A stretch of DNA of 49,924 nucleotides from Octopus bimaculoides (GCF_001194135.2 NC_068992.1:35468929-35518852), one strand, 5' to 3'. Positions 13,008-26,732 are shown, numbered from the stretch's first letter. A program made the numbers and translations. Notes: generated from the sequence alone by a model not told the origin.

Positions 13008-13177
13008 ATTTCGTCTGTCTTTACGTTCTGAGTTCAAATTCCACCGAGGTCGACCTTGCCTTTCATCCCTTCGGAGTCATAAAATTAAGTACCAGTTGCG
13101 TACTGGGGTCGATCTAATTGACTGGCCCCTTCCTCCCAAATTTCGGGCCTTGTGCTTAGAGTACAAAAGAATATTAT
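13008..13177 (+). mobile_element. 5'-truncated tRNA-type SINE abutting LINE 3' end
   Basis: atttcgtctg...gttctgagttcaaattcc...gtcgaccttgcctttcatccc...ggccttgtgctt is the same family as 7880 and 25269. Confidence 0.85.
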
Positions 13178-14787
13178 GATGTTGCTGTTGTTGGTGATGA
13201 TGATGAGGAGAAAGAGGAGGAGATGAAGGACGGGATGGAAGTAACGGGACTGGATTTTATTTGAGTATAGATCTATTCTCCCATTGTATTCTTCATCTTT
13301 GTGCAGGATTTTAAGTAATGAATCCCTTGAGGTGTGTCCCAATATCTTATACATGATCTATAGGTGAATTTTCCTGGTTGTGTACGACGCTACAATCAAT
13401 CCCTTTAAAAATATACTGTCTCTGTCTCTTTTTTCTTTATTTCTTTTTGTTTCTCTCTCTTTCTCTTTCTCCCTATCTTTTCCTTGATAGGCTCCCTAGC
13501 TAAGCTGGGACTTTGATAGTTGAATCAGTTGTAACAAAGCATAACACTCGTTTTCTACCTTTACAATAGTACCTTTAGCGTGCATCTCAATCATCTCAAC
13601 CAAATTAACATAACGTCCTAGCCACAAGGAAGTAAAAAACTTCAGGCAAAAGGAATTCTTTCAAATATGCTAATTTTGCCTAATTTATTATTTCATTTAT
13701 TTGTTATTATTCGTTGATATCAAATGAACAGTAAACAGTATTGATGAATCAGAAGATGCTGGTTGGGACAGTTGTAACGCTGGCGTAAGTTACATTGTAT
13801 ATCGCACTGCTGATGATTTAAGTGAAGACAGTAGTTACTAGTAGCTTTGTGGCCTAAAGTGAAGCAGATCAATATAAAGAATTCATTTAATTAATTTACC
13901 AATTCTGTAGAGAAATCTCGACTGACTCATAAAGTAACTCTATAATTACAAAAGAAAAAAATCCTCTATGTTGAAACGACACAGAGGTCAGTTCGGATAG
14001 GAGGGAGAATTGTTGATCGAACGAGAATTTTCGATAAAATTCTTATAAATTAGACCATAAAATACAAAATGGTTTACATTATAAGATATTAAGTGAAAGA
14101 AAATTAATAGTTTTTTCAATGTTGAATTTTCTAATCTTTATTTTGCTCCATACTTTATATTTTGTGTGTACAGCGTGTTTTAATCTGTTCATGACCTTAA
14201 AAATTCTATTCATTTTGTTTTGATAATAAATAGTTTCCATGCTGAAAATGTACACTGGGGAATTCTGCTGGTATATATGGAGTTTAGTGTATCCTCAAAA
14301 TTGATAGGAAGAGTTAGAATAAAATACTGAGGAAAAACTGGGAATGTTTATTCTTCCGGTGGTGTTGCTCATTATTATTTTAGGGTAGGTGGTGGTGTAG
14401 AAGAGAGAAATAATTTTAAGAAATAAATACAACCGAAATTCATTTTAATTATTTCCATCTTAAATCGTCTCATTTCCAATTCTCCTAACTCTAATGTTAC
14501 AATAATGTGTTTTATGATAATAGTAGTAGAGCATCAGAGATTTAAGTTGTTGAGTTATTAGTATTCTCGGTTGCCATTAAGTATTCCCGATAATCTTGGC
14601 TACATGAGACACAACAAACATTACCAACAGCACTATCAAACGTCCTTTCCGGGTATACATTCTCATCCTCTATGTAGACCTGTTGCGAAAATATTTAATG
14701 CTAACACATATTTGTGTAAAAGGATAATACGTTATCATCACAAATAATCTGTTACCTCCACAGACATCTTCACACACACATACACAT

Positions 14788-15102
14788 AACTGGCACTCCA
14801 TCCGTTACGACGACGTGGGTTCCAGATGGTCTGATCGGCGGAACAGCCTACTCTTGAAATTAGCATGTAAGTAGCTGAGCCCTCCACAGATACGCTTATC
14901 TTTAACATGATTCACAGATAGATTCAGCGTGACACAGATGGGTCCTTTGAATTACAGGTACGACTCAGATTTTGCCAGCTGAGTGTACTGGAGCAACGGG
15001 AAATAAAGTCTCTTCCTCAAGGACACAATGCACCACTGGGAATCGAACTCACGACTTTACGATCGTCAGGTGTATATCTTACTGACTAAACCATGTGGCT
15101 TC
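14788..15102 (-). mobile_element. tRNA-derived SINE (second family)
   Basis: The minus strand has an A-box-like tggtttagtcagt, a B-box-like gttcgattccc, then a gtgtccttgagg core-like motif. Confidence 0.75.
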
Positions 15103-16409
15103 ATTCCACATCTTACATTATAAACTGACTACAACAAATAATGTCTAAAGATTTCTTTTGGTTCCTTATAACTAGCTCCTTTAAACATAAGTTGCAAATA
15201 TCCCAACATACCGTACAGCAATCAATATCCTCACAGGTCAATAAACAAAACAATCTTCAAATTACATTTTCTCTTATAGCAACTAACAGCACAAACATCA
15301 GTAAGGCATATATACATTCTACATTTTTACAAATGCGTCAATAACAGTCAAATCAAACATGTTGTCAACAAACAGAAGTCATGTAGAAAGAAAAGAAATA
15401 GTAAAAAGTAAACCACTGTCGTACAATCAAGAGAACATTTAGAAATATTTAAGGGCGACGACAAAGTATAGAAAAGTTTCTGGAGGCGTATTCTATATTC
15501 AGAAGGCTGATATTTATTATCTTAAACTAAATTCTCACAATAAGTTGCTATTTACCAATCATCAAGCTGTTCCAGTTGTAAATTATGGTGATAATGCTCT
15601 CTTCAAATAAAATAAGTAAAATAACATGTCAAGACGGAGGAAAACATAATGAATTTAATACAAAGTCGTGGGAGTTTTCTGAAGCTCGGAGTCTAATATA
15701 CAATATTTATTTAAAAGTACGTCGTCAAATACAAATGACAAGGAGGTATTACCTACCATATTTGGCAAAGACACCAAACATCTTAAAACATTACATGTGA
15801 ATTTATGTATTAGAATATGTTAAAAAAATGGAAACTTGAAAATATAGAAATTAAGTATACAGATTAGGACTTCATGGAACACCTTGATGTCACTAGCAAA
15901 AACCTGTAATGATAAATGACGTAGCTGCCAAAATGGCTATAATATTTTTGTAAGAGATGTGACAAAGCTACGGAATTATACCTTGCTAGTGAAGTTATAG
16001 AAACATTATTGTAGTTAATTCATTTGTTCAAAGCTGAATTCTTAATTGATTCAGTTGGAATTTATATATACGTATTGTAAGTTCTATTAGAATAGACGGA
16101 GACCAGTCCGAAACATAGTACAACGGCCCTATTTTCATGAAGCAGTTTTGATAGATTTTAAATTATTCACGTTCAAATTACTATATTGTATTCTCTAAGT
16201 CTAACTTTAATATTTCTATTTTTTAAGATCTCGTCAATCCTAAATCTGCTTTTCCTTTCATGAAGTGTATGTTTATTATGCTTCGAGTAACTTTATGTCA
16301 ACGATATTTTTTATTGCAAACTAGATGAAGTACCCGGTAATAAACTACCGTTAATAAGATGTCTGTTTATAGCCATGAAACATTTTTCGTCAAATTTCGA
16401 CATTTTCCA

Positions 16410-17568
16410 AAACTTGAAAACAGAGCTCAATGCTAAAAACAAGATAGTAGCTTTTAACACTTTAGCCGTCCCAGTTATAAGTTACAGCTACAATATCCTT
16501 AATTGGACACTAAATGAACTGATCAAAATAGACAGGAAAACGAGAAGAAGAAGAAGAAGAAGAAGAAGAAGAAGAAGAAGAAGAAGAAGAAGAAGAAGAA
16601 GAAGAAGAAGAAGAAGAAGAAGAAGAAAAGCTATAAAACAAATGAAATCCAAACAAAAACTAGAACAGAAACGGACCATGATAAAACGATGGCAAGAAAA
16701 GCCCCTACATGGTAAATACTGGGCTAAAGTAAATGCAAAAGAAATAGACAGAGAAAAATTCCAGCAATGGTTGAGAAACTCAGGAATCAAAGCAGACACT
16801 GAAGGACTTCTAATTGCTGCACAAGACCAAAGCCTCCCCACCAGAAATAACCAAAAACATATAATGAAAAGAAACATAACAAGTAACTGCAAAATATATG
16901 GCGAGGGACAAGAAACAATAAATCATATTATCTCTGGCTGCCCAGTCCTAGCTAAGAAGGAATATATTCAGACACGACAGAGCTGGGACCTACATATACT
17001 GGAAGCTATACCAACACTATGGAATAACAAAAGAAAAAAGATAGTGTAGGCATACGCAAGAAAAGGTCACAGAAAACGAGAAAGCAACCATACTCTGGGA
17101 TATGCCAATACACACAGATAGAGAAATTAAGGCCAATAGGCCAGATATAGTTGTCAGAGATCATGATGAAAAAAATTGCTTTCTAATTGATGTATCAATA
17201 CCAGCAGATGACAACGTTTTCCTAAAAGAAATGGAGAAACTTCCAAAATACAAAGACATGGAAATAGAGGTAACTCGAACGTGGAATCTAAAAACAGAAA
17301 CAATTCCTATCATAGTAGGCGCATTAGGTATGATAAAAAAATATTCAGACAAATACATAACAAAAACACCAGGACATAGAAGTATATATAGCATACAGAA
17401 AATTGCACTACTGGGCACTGCACACATCCTACGCAAAACACTTTCAATACAGTAACCATAAGAGCATCACAGCAAACCACAGCACATACCCAAGGCACAC
17501 AGAGCTGCGCTCGGTAGTGAAGTGAAAGCACGTTATAAAAATAAAACTACTGAATAATAATAATGATG

Positions 17569-17616
<48 letters not shown>
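16410..17616 (+). mobile_element. 5'-truncated R4/Dong-clade non-LTR retrotransposon (RT thumb region, Cys motif, restriction-like endonuclease, 3' UTR, (TAA)n tail)
   Basis: NKIVAFNTLAVPVISYS, IDRKTR, KPLHGKY, TEGLLIAAQDQSL, ETINHIISGCPVLA, LWDMPIHTDREIKANRPDIV..LIDVSIP..EKL.KY, PIIVGALG, and a (TAA)n tail from 17553. Confidence 0.92.
16543..16626. repeat. (AAG)n microsatellite inside the Dong ORF
   Basis: Direct reading; gives in-frame poly-Arg. Confidence 0.97.
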
Positions 17617-17620
<4 letters not shown>

Positions 17621-17689
17621 CAACAACAACAACAACAACAACAGCAGCAATAATAATGACACAAAGAAAAATAATTATAATGATGATGG

Positions 17690-17925
17690 ACTCTCCCGTC
17701 GAAGACGACGTATGAGTGTTCAGTCTTTTTGCTGAACGACCTGTATGTGTTGTACATTTTCTCACTCCCATATCGAATCGACGTTACCTGAACACGTGCA
17801 CGGTATGCCACGTGTCAGGTGCATAAGTGATCGAAGAGCAACTTGAGATTAAGTGTTTTGCTCAAGAACACAACGCACCTCCTAGTCTAGGAATTCAAAA
17901 CATGATCTCGCGGTTATGAGTGCAA
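17690..17925 (-). mobile_element. SINE fragment (similar to the 14788-15102 family)
   Basis: Reverse complement contains gtgttcttgagcaaaacacttaatctcaagttgctc, resembling the core motif. Confidence 0.55.
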
Positions 17926-17974
17926 CACCACGACAATTATGCCATGCATGCTCACTATAATAGTAATAACAACA

Positions 17975-18037
17975 GCGAAAACCGCAACAACAACAACAAC
18001 AACACCAGAAACAACAACAACAACAACAATGATAATG

Positions 18038-18073
<36 letters not shown>

Positions 18074-18105
18074 TTAATAATAATAATAATCATAATAATA
18101 ATAAT
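17975..18105. repeat. (CAA)n/(TAA)n compound microsatellite
   Basis: Direct reading. Confidence 0.95.
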
Positions 18106-18109
18106 TAAA

Positions 18110-21100
18110 CAATAAGAATTCGCCAAAAGTGGGGAGTTCGCCACAGAGACAATCGAGGAACCCCACATTTCATGGTCATTCTGATCACCAGGAACACCTC
18201 AGCAGGCGCTACTCTCCTTCTCAACTCCTTCGGTTTACAAGCGAAAGTTCCGAGTAGGCCCATTAACACGGACCACCCTCGCCACATTCACCCACCTTTC
18301 AACAAATTTACTGGTGGGGCAAAACTTTCCTCTCTAGCCTTATCTTCCTTTTCAAATGGAACTTCAAAAGGTCAACGAGGGCTTGGCCGAAGAGAAAAGT
18401 ATCTGTCTTCAGTCCTTTTAATCTCGTCCACCACACTATCTCCTTCGCCATAGCCACCATACAGAGAAAAATTGCCTTTCCTCCTAGGTCAAAAGAAAAT
18501 GGTGAGGCGATCTTCACGTCGGACTCAGCTGATAATCAGATCCGTCCTGCACGCGACAACAGCTGTTCGATAAAGCTCAACAAGTCAGTAATGCACGGAC
18601 CCTAGACGAGTGCATGCGGGAAGATTTCGTCGCTCTGCACACACCTCGGACAGATCTGTCTGACAGCACTTCCGTGTCTGTAGAGCTTGACTCGAACCGG
18701 CAGACCTCCCCAGTATCACTGCCAGGCCAGGAATTTCGGGAAGTTATCCATAGACCCCGTCTCGAAAGTCCTCCGGAAAGAGCAGTTAACTGATTCCTCC
18801 CGACTACCAGTTTCCCCAAGTACGTCGTCGCTCTTCCCCCACTAATCCCGTATACAATCCGATAGGGGAGCTTCCACCGACCGCGTTGCTCGACTGGCAG
18901 AAAGCTGTGAGCGCTTGCCTACACTCCGGTAGCCAAGTACCCTTTCGTGGTCTATACTTGATCCAGGTCTGCAACTCCGTCAATGAGACAAGCTGCGGAA
19001 AACCCTGCCTGACAAACGGTTACCATACCCGCTCATCGTTAAGAAAACACTGTAGACGTCAGAACCTCAACGCGTGTCGGCGTATCATTAACCACGGCAT
19101 GTCCAGTCCTCCGCTCGGCGACTTTGATAGCAGATAAACGGTCTGACGAGTGGGACACGTCTCTTGCAAAGAAAGCGGAAAAGTAAGCGCTTCAAATAGA
19201 TCAAGAACGAAGTGGGACAAGGAACTACGGTCAGGCGGTAGTAGATGACGGAAGCGATGTACGTATTCGCTACTTCCGTCCAACCCTTCAGGGAGAGCTT
19301 CCTCTCTGCCCATTTCTGGCTGAGACTGGCCACCCTACTCGTCACCTTCCCCCAGTTCTTGTCCATCTGGAGGTCTTGATCAAGCCAGAATCCGAGCAAT
19401 TTAACCAGCTTCTGATTAATTTTTGTTCCTGTCACCGCTTCGAACTCCCTTAAGGTGGAACCGATGAATTCGATTTCCGCGCTGTCCGACACTATCACAG
19501 TGACGTCGTCCGCATAAGCCGACACCAAACTTCCGCATCCTAGATCACGCGTGATGCCCTTCGAAATATCCAACTTCCCTAGTAATGGCTCCAGAGCGAT
19601 CACGTACAGAGGGGAGAGAGCGGGGATCCTTGATGGACCGAGTGATCGATGCTACACGATAGATGACCGATTGCTTTGACCACTGAACAGATGTCGCTGT
19701 ACATTGCAGCAATTCAACCTCTGAAAATGGGACCGAAGCCGGCTGCCGCGAGAACAGCCTCCAAGTATTGATGGTCGACCCTGTCAAAAGTTTTTGATTG
19801 ATCCAAATTTATTAGCGCCCCAACCATGCCAGTTTCCTTCCCTACCCTCTCTATGAACTAGCGCGTGAGATGGAGGTTGTTGTGAAGAGATCTGTTCCGG
19901 ATAGCGAATGTCAGCGTGTCACTGACCAACTGACAGCGCGAGCCTCTTCGCTAGCACCTTGGCCAAAATCTTATAATCTGCTTTCAACAGCGTTATGGGC
20001 CTGAAATTACACTGGGCAACAAAAAAAAAAAATATTTATAGTCTGCTACTATAGTGCTGTACTAAACTAAACTAAATCGAGTACGCTGATTTCGAATCTG
20101 AACTCAGAATTGCTGTAGCACGTCAAGATTTTGTGTTGTGCGCATAATTATATATTAATACTATATTAGACTCAAGAATAGCTAAGTCCCAGATAAATAA
20201 TTATTGTAATAGTATATTAATACTGTATATTGTAAATTCATGTTCAAGGCAAATAGTATCATAATATAATGGTACACAGTATATTTATTTTAAGGGAATA
20301 TTCAAGTCATTTTTGATATGCTCACCTCAGAAATGCTTCAGGCACTTGCTCTTGCGCTTATGCAACGTGCTGGTCTCCTGTTGTAAGAATCTGCAGTAGT
20401 CACCCATCATGTGTGGACTGAACGGCCTTCACACCTCGTTTCCATCTCAGATATGTCCTGGTGGAATTTCTCACGATGCTCATCGCTAAGGGCACCAAAA
20501 TTCGTTAGAAAAAATTGAGATGATTATGCAAGAAGTGCATTGTAAGGGACATTCGGCATCCTAGCATTTCATTCGCTGTTTGCATGTTGTTTATTAAATC
20601 AGCATAGTTTTCAACTCTATGATTTCCAAGAAAGTTCTGTATAACTAACATGAATGAATTCCAGGCCGTCATCTGAACTGGATTCAGTTTACCTCTGAAT
20701 TTGCTCAGATATCAGTTTTCTGATCACGGGTCCAATGAAAATGCCTAATATAGTTTTGCGTCACTTTTCTCTGCACCAAATTTTACTTTTATGTACTAGA
20801 AGCCACAACCATCTTGTGTCATTGCTTTTACGAAGTTTTTCATGATGCCGAGTTTGATGTGAACGGGTGGAAGGAAGATCTTTTACAGGTCTACTAGTTG
20901 CATATGCTGCACATTGTACCGACCAACTAAGCGCTCATCTATTTCAGACCAGTCTTTTACAGTGTAATGATTGCTGTCGTCGCGGCTGTTCCAAACACGC
21001 AAGAAGCAAATATTTTTGGTATATCCCAGTTGCAGTCCTAGGAGAAGAGAAATCACCTTTAAATCACCTCAAATATTCCACTTGTGAACTGAAAGAGTTC

Positions 21101-24100
21101 CATTGATTCATAAGTTTCTTCCATACCGTTAACATGACCCACAGGAATAGGTTTTTCATTACCATTATGTGACAACACAGCTTTGAATCTAACCTCACTC
21201 GAATCTAGAAGTAATCTCCATTCGTTAGCAACATGCACGTGTCTTAGATCTTGCATGAGTGCATTAACGTCAGTACAGAAACAAGCATTATTTTCTTGCT
21301 TGAAAAAGACAGATAACCTTTGTGGCGAGAACGGAAAATGGAAATTTTCGCACCTTGCTGTAGGAGATTCCGTTGTTGTAGTTTGGATCCCAAGGTTTCT
21401 GCTCTCTCCTTTGACAACACTAGATATCTTACTAAAACTTATTGATTAAACTAGCCCAGCTCATTTTCTTAGAATCATCTACGTACTCTTCGTCGATAGG
21501 CGAGTCAGGAGGTTCATCATGCGACGTGTCAAGATTTTCTAGTGAAGCATGTGAGACGGGAACTGGGATTGGGTTCTCGAAGTCATGTGGGACTGGTTTT
21601 AGAGCCGACTTAGAATATGCGTACATTACTTTTGCTTTGGTCCTCTTTGAGAAACCACTAATATTAGTCATGCTAAAGTAACAGTCAGAGACATGGTTAC
21701 CACTGGTACTGCAAAAGACATTCCCTTCCGTTTGCTATTCAGCCACTGTGTAAGCCGTGAGTAACAGACGGTGCAGCAAATATGAGGTGCCCACCTATTG
21801 TCATGGTCCTCAACTTTACACCCGAAATTATATTTATAGGCAATTTTTAATTTGGTGGCAATGTTCCTCTGCTGGTCACGCGAAGCAAATTTTCCACAGA
21901 CATTCCAAAAGTTGTCTGGGTGATTCATACAGCCTCTCCTATTCATGATCTAACACAATGAACACAGTTAAAACAGTAATCATCAGAGCGAGAGCTACAC
22001 ATACCACACATGACGGCAGCACAAAATACACTGAGAGTTATCAAGAACAAACTGACGTATTGGCATTGCACACAATATGTCAGTACCATCTAATGCTAAA
22101 CTAAATAAAGAACTTTCTCATCGTTTGTTTTATTGCTGTTATTTCTATAATTTTGAATTAAGACCGCTTCCATTTTAGCAAATCTTATAATATACGGCCT
22201 ATATCTAGCCAAAAGTATACTTATAATTTTGCGCATAACTCAAAATCCTGACAGACTAGAACAATTCTGAGTGCAGAGTCGGAATCAGCATCCTCGATGT
22301 AGTCTAAAACACCCGCTTTTACCCAAGTAGCAAAAACTTTGTTGTCCAGTGTTATCTATTTGTTTCCCCTTATTCAGGTCCTTTTGCAGCAGCACCGCAA
22401 CGGCACGGCTCACAACACTGGGTATTCTTTAGTTCTACTACCAGTTGTCGTTGACATCTGCCAAGAGTTCATGGAACAAGTCTGGTATATGAAGATAAAA
22501 CACGAAGTGCAGACCATCCAGCCCCGGAGACTTCTCCCTTGTGCAGCTCGTTATCGCGTCCCGTATGTCTGCGGATGTTATCGGAATTTTGCAGAACTTT
22601 ACATCCCTGGCCGAAAAACGTGGTATTCTGTCGAGGTAGAAGGTGAAATCCACCTGCATCTCCGACACACACCGCCCTGAAAAGTTCGGGTAAGTACCGC
22701 TGTAATTCCGTATACAACTACTTAGATTCGTGTAGTATGCGCCCGTTCCGGGCCGACAAAGACCGAATTGTGGATTTGTTGCCACGTTGCACCTCCGCCA
22801 CCCGGGTCCATCGAACGGCTTTCGTCCCCTCATGTCTTAGAGCACGCGTCCTAGCTCTGACAAGGCAACTTTCGTGCTTGGCATTGAAGAATTGATCGAG
22901 AGCCAATCTCGCCACCAGCATGCCAGTCACTATGCCTCTCCTAAGTGCCTTTTTTAGCTTCCAAACTAGCTCTCCCTCTATCCTAGATTCCTCTAAAGCT
23001 ATTTCCTTGCTAAATCCTACCGCCTCTACTCTTATAGCCATTTTCATGGCCATCCACCAACAGTTGTTGACAATTGCACTCGCCAACTTCCCGTAGAGTA
23101 ACTTGCTAACCCGGTTTCGGAATGCTTGACGCGCCGGGAAAGACATGTTCAGCTTCTAGTATCCGCAGCCAGCCTATGGATCCTTTCTAGGTCGACCGCG
23201 TAAATCATACATTTGTAGTCTGTGTATTCGACGACTATTAATTATACAACCTATGCTACTTCTGTCTTCTGGCCTACAGAATATGCTATCTAGATACGAT
23301 ATGGAGAACCTGGTGCTCTCTGCCCGGGTCCAAATTGGCGCGTTTCTATCAACCAGTTAGAAGCGCTTGAGCAGGTTTGTGATGCTTTTACACCCTCCTC
23401 CCCGGTTGACAAGTCCTACCCTATCCAGGCGTGCATCTAAAATAGCGTTCCAATCGCTCACTAGCACTAAAGAGTGTGACGTCCCAAGAAAAACCTCCAG
23501 GCGTCTGAAGAAATCCGGCTGCTCCGCCCCAGTCGGAGCGTACACAATCATCAGGCATTGTAAATGTGCTAGTGCCGTAAATAGCACCCCTTCTCACTAT
23601 ATCTTTGTTTCAAGTTATGAGGGTCACCAAGTCAGCATTGGCTCGCCTCACAAGTACTAAGTTTGGCTTCAGTATGTTTGCGTGTTGTAGTGTATGCTTT
23701 CTTTTGTATTAGTGGGGCAGGTGATAGTAGTGTTGACGGTTGCGACACTGGCGGGAAGGATAATGTATCTTTTCCAGTGTGACTGTTGGTGTGAGGTCAT
23801 GTGTGTTTTTTGTTTTCTTTTGGGGTTTTGGAGTTTCTTGGGTTCTTTCACTTTGGGATGTGGTAGAACCAGTGTCTGTGGAAATTATTTCGGGTAGTGA
23901 AAATGTGTTCATCTTTTTATTGTTAGTAGTGATGCTGATGCTGGAGTTGCTGGGACTGTTGTCTCAGCTACTAGTGTAGTTGTTGTTGCTGATGTTGTGG
24001 GCTTTGTTGATATTAGTGCTACCACTGTCTCTGTTGTTGTTGTTGTTGTTGATGTTCTTGCTGTTGTTATTGAGTATGAGACTGCAGGTGCAGCATATTG

Positions 24101-24965
24101 CCTTCGTTGCTGCTGTTGTTGAGGATGGTGTAAGTATTGGGAGTAGACTCGTGCCTCCTATCCTTTTAGTGCAGAAAGCCCTAAGGTGGCTTGCAGGCCC
24201 ATAGGATCATATTTGTGCTTTTGGCCTTCTACGACAACCTTCAGTTCGACCCCGTTGGGAAGTATACGGTCCTGGAAATTTTCAAAGTTTTCTGGCTTCA
24301 CATGAAGCAGAATTTCTCTAATTACCCCGAACCTGTTCTCTCTGTTGCTTCGCTTGACTTCTAGCAACGTGTCCGGTTCTTCTAATACCACACAGGCCAC
24401 AATCCACCAGATGTTGACACCAGACGGAACACCCGATATCCGTAACGCGGCAGTTCTTCTTGAAAGATATGTCAGATACAGGACAAACCCCTCATTCCAG
24501 AAAGGTGTCACAGTATTCTTTTGCGCAAGGTCCTCACTTTTAAAGAGAACCTCGATGATGGCAAAGTGTCTTCCTCTATGCATGTGTACTGCATCCTCCA
24601 ACCTGAATCATTGTAGCCGGTTTGGCTCTTCAGCTCTTTCGGAATACACACCTGTAATATACAGTTCTTTTTTCCTGCACTTGAATTATTTCCGGAGACA
24701 CAAGTACCGCTGCCCTATTTCCCTCATATATTATAATTTTTTGGCTTCAGCTAGTTCTTGCATTTTTCCATCCAGTGCCAGCAAAAACATTTCTTTTTTT
24801 TTTTTGCGCTATCCAAGTCGGAAAAGCTTTTGCTGTTGGTGATGTCATTCTCCTACAAAAGGAGTACAAATTATGGATCTTCATTGGCGTAGCTATCTCA
24901 GCAGACCAGAATATTACCTTCCCCACCACCTATATCGGTTGTCTTTGTTTTCCTCACTCCCCTTA
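18110..24965 (-). mobile_element. Near-full-length degraded Tx1/L1-type LINE, interrupted by a DNA transposon at 20010-22351
   Basis: ORF1 at ~24158-24930 (RHFAIIEVLFKSEDLA..VVVEG), endonuclease ~23200-23650 (VYAPTG..VSDWNAILD), KSPGLDGL ~22480, FRPITLL ~20000, AYADDVT ~19510, C-terminal AKEIVWWTRLK ~18440. Confidence 0.92.
20010..22351 (-). mobile_element. Chapaev3-like (CMC superfamily) DNA transposon with decayed transposase
   Basis: TIRs cactgggcaacaa / ttgttgtccagtg and a 3-bp TTA duplication (20007-20009, 22352-22354). Transposase remnants: N-terminal C-x2-CG...PHICCTVC, WRLLLDSS...KAVLSHNGN, and C-terminal SDEHREKFHQDISEME...MMGDYC. Confidence 0.85.
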
Positions 24966-25268
24966 AAGAATCAGTAATAAACCCAACGCCCTGTGAAATT
25001 ATTCCACCTCTCTTAACTCACAACTCTCACATACAAGATAATATATATCACAGAAATACACGTAACGAAGACACTGGCAATTAGTTTAATGCGGAATGAT
25101 CTGTCCCTAAGAGTAAAGAATATTGAGAAGTATACAGTGATTAATGAAAACAAAACAGGACGTTACACTGATGTGAAGAGTGTGCATATCTATATTATGA
25201 AATCATATTGATTCAGTGTACAATCGAAAACCTCTTGTATTCTGAAACAAAAGAAGACATTCTGTTAA

Positions 25269-25489
25269 AAATATTCTTTTCTGCTCTAGGAACAAGGCCT
25301 GAAATTTTTGGGGAGGGGGTCAGTCGATTAGATCAACCCCAGTACGCAACTGGAACTTAATTTATCGACCCCGAAAAGATGAAAGGCAAAGTCGACATCA
25401 GCGGAATTTGAACTGAGAACGTAAAGACAGACAATATAGGGCTAAGCATTTCACCCAACGTGTTGACGTTTCTGCCAGTTCGCCGCCTT
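25269..25489 (-). mobile_element. Full-length tRNA-type SINE
   Basis: Reverse complement ggcggcgaactggcagaaacgtc...gttctcagttcaaattccgc...ggccttgttcctagagcagaaaagaatatt; same family as 7880 and 13008. Confidence 0.88.
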
Positions 25490-26122
25490 CTGTTTAAAAT
25501 ATTACAAAAAGAAACCATCTGTGCCAAAATAATGAGAAAACATTCTAAGAAGACAGCCCTCAGGATGTAGGCTTGTATAATACTCTGCCTCGGCTCTATT
25601 CAGAGGAAAGAGGCATAAAAAATTGGTTTAACGCTTATTAATAAGTTACAAGCATTAAAGAAGCAGCGAGACGGTGAAGCACGTTTTATAAGTTTATATT
25701 GTAACAGGTACAAATACACAAGTATTGAGATACTAACTTATAAACATATACATATATAAAGATCTTCATATTCAGAGAATTTCTCATATAAAATGCATCA
25801 CTGCTTGAACATATGTATACGTCAGTAGCTACTACAAGCACGCGTATGTACATTTATTTACATATACGTCCATATACAGTAGCGGCCATAATATAAGGGT
25901 CAGTAAGAATAAATATATTGAAATAGTTATTTTAGAAGATTAACCACACGTTGAGACTAGATATTTTACGCATATTTAGATATATCCTATATCTGTCTTA
26001 CGGGAAAATTTCAAGGGAATGGAATTAATATTTCAGAAACAAACTGCAAAGGCCAAAAGTTAAGGATCACCTAGAAAAACAATGAAAACAATGGAACAAG
26101 GACAATAAAGAAATCCTTACTA

Positions 26123-26600
26123 TTAATATTTTGTGAACATCTCTTTAGTATCAATGACCTCCTGACATCTGTTATCACAGGACTGAATTTATTTCTTGCA
26201 AAATGATGGAGTAATATTGTTCCACTCTTTTTTCAGTAATTTCCAAAGTTCATCTTGGTTCTTTGAATTTCTCCTTCGTGCTTCATCTCCAATAATCTTC
26301 CAAATGTTTTCTATAGGGCTGAGATGGGGACTTTGAGTTCGCCAGTCCATGAGATCAACCCGTTCATCCCTCAAAAACTCTGTGACTCTTCGCAATGTGA
26401 CGGGTAGTGTTGTCCTGCACGAAGATAGGAGATCGAGCTGACGAGGATCGGAGATGTGGAAGGGCATGTTATCTAAGAATCTGCTTGTATATTTCAGCAT
26501 TGACAGACCAGAACCAGCAACAGAGATCACACCCCATACCATTACACTGCCTCCTCCATATATGACAACGAAGGTGATGATGTTTAAATATCCAATGAAG
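26123..26600 (-). pseudogene. Tc1/mariner transposase C-terminal (DDE) fragment
   Basis: GGGSVMVWG, W.TQSPHLSPIENIW, and after a frameshift RCQEVIDTKEMFTKY*. Confidence 0.9.
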
Positions 26601-26729
26601 GACACTTCTTTGTTGGTTAAAATTCGGGTCTCTTTCTCTCTGTTGGTGAGGTGCTTTGAAATATATATATTCATATATATTCATATAAACATATAGTCAT
26701 TCAGGGACAAGTTTGTAATATATTTATTT

Positions 26730-26732
<3 letters not shown>

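Noticed and set aside
17444-18168. Poly-Leu/Ile/Asn ORFs resembling membrane or low-complexity proteins
   Set aside because: Translations of (TAA)n/(CAA)n tails.
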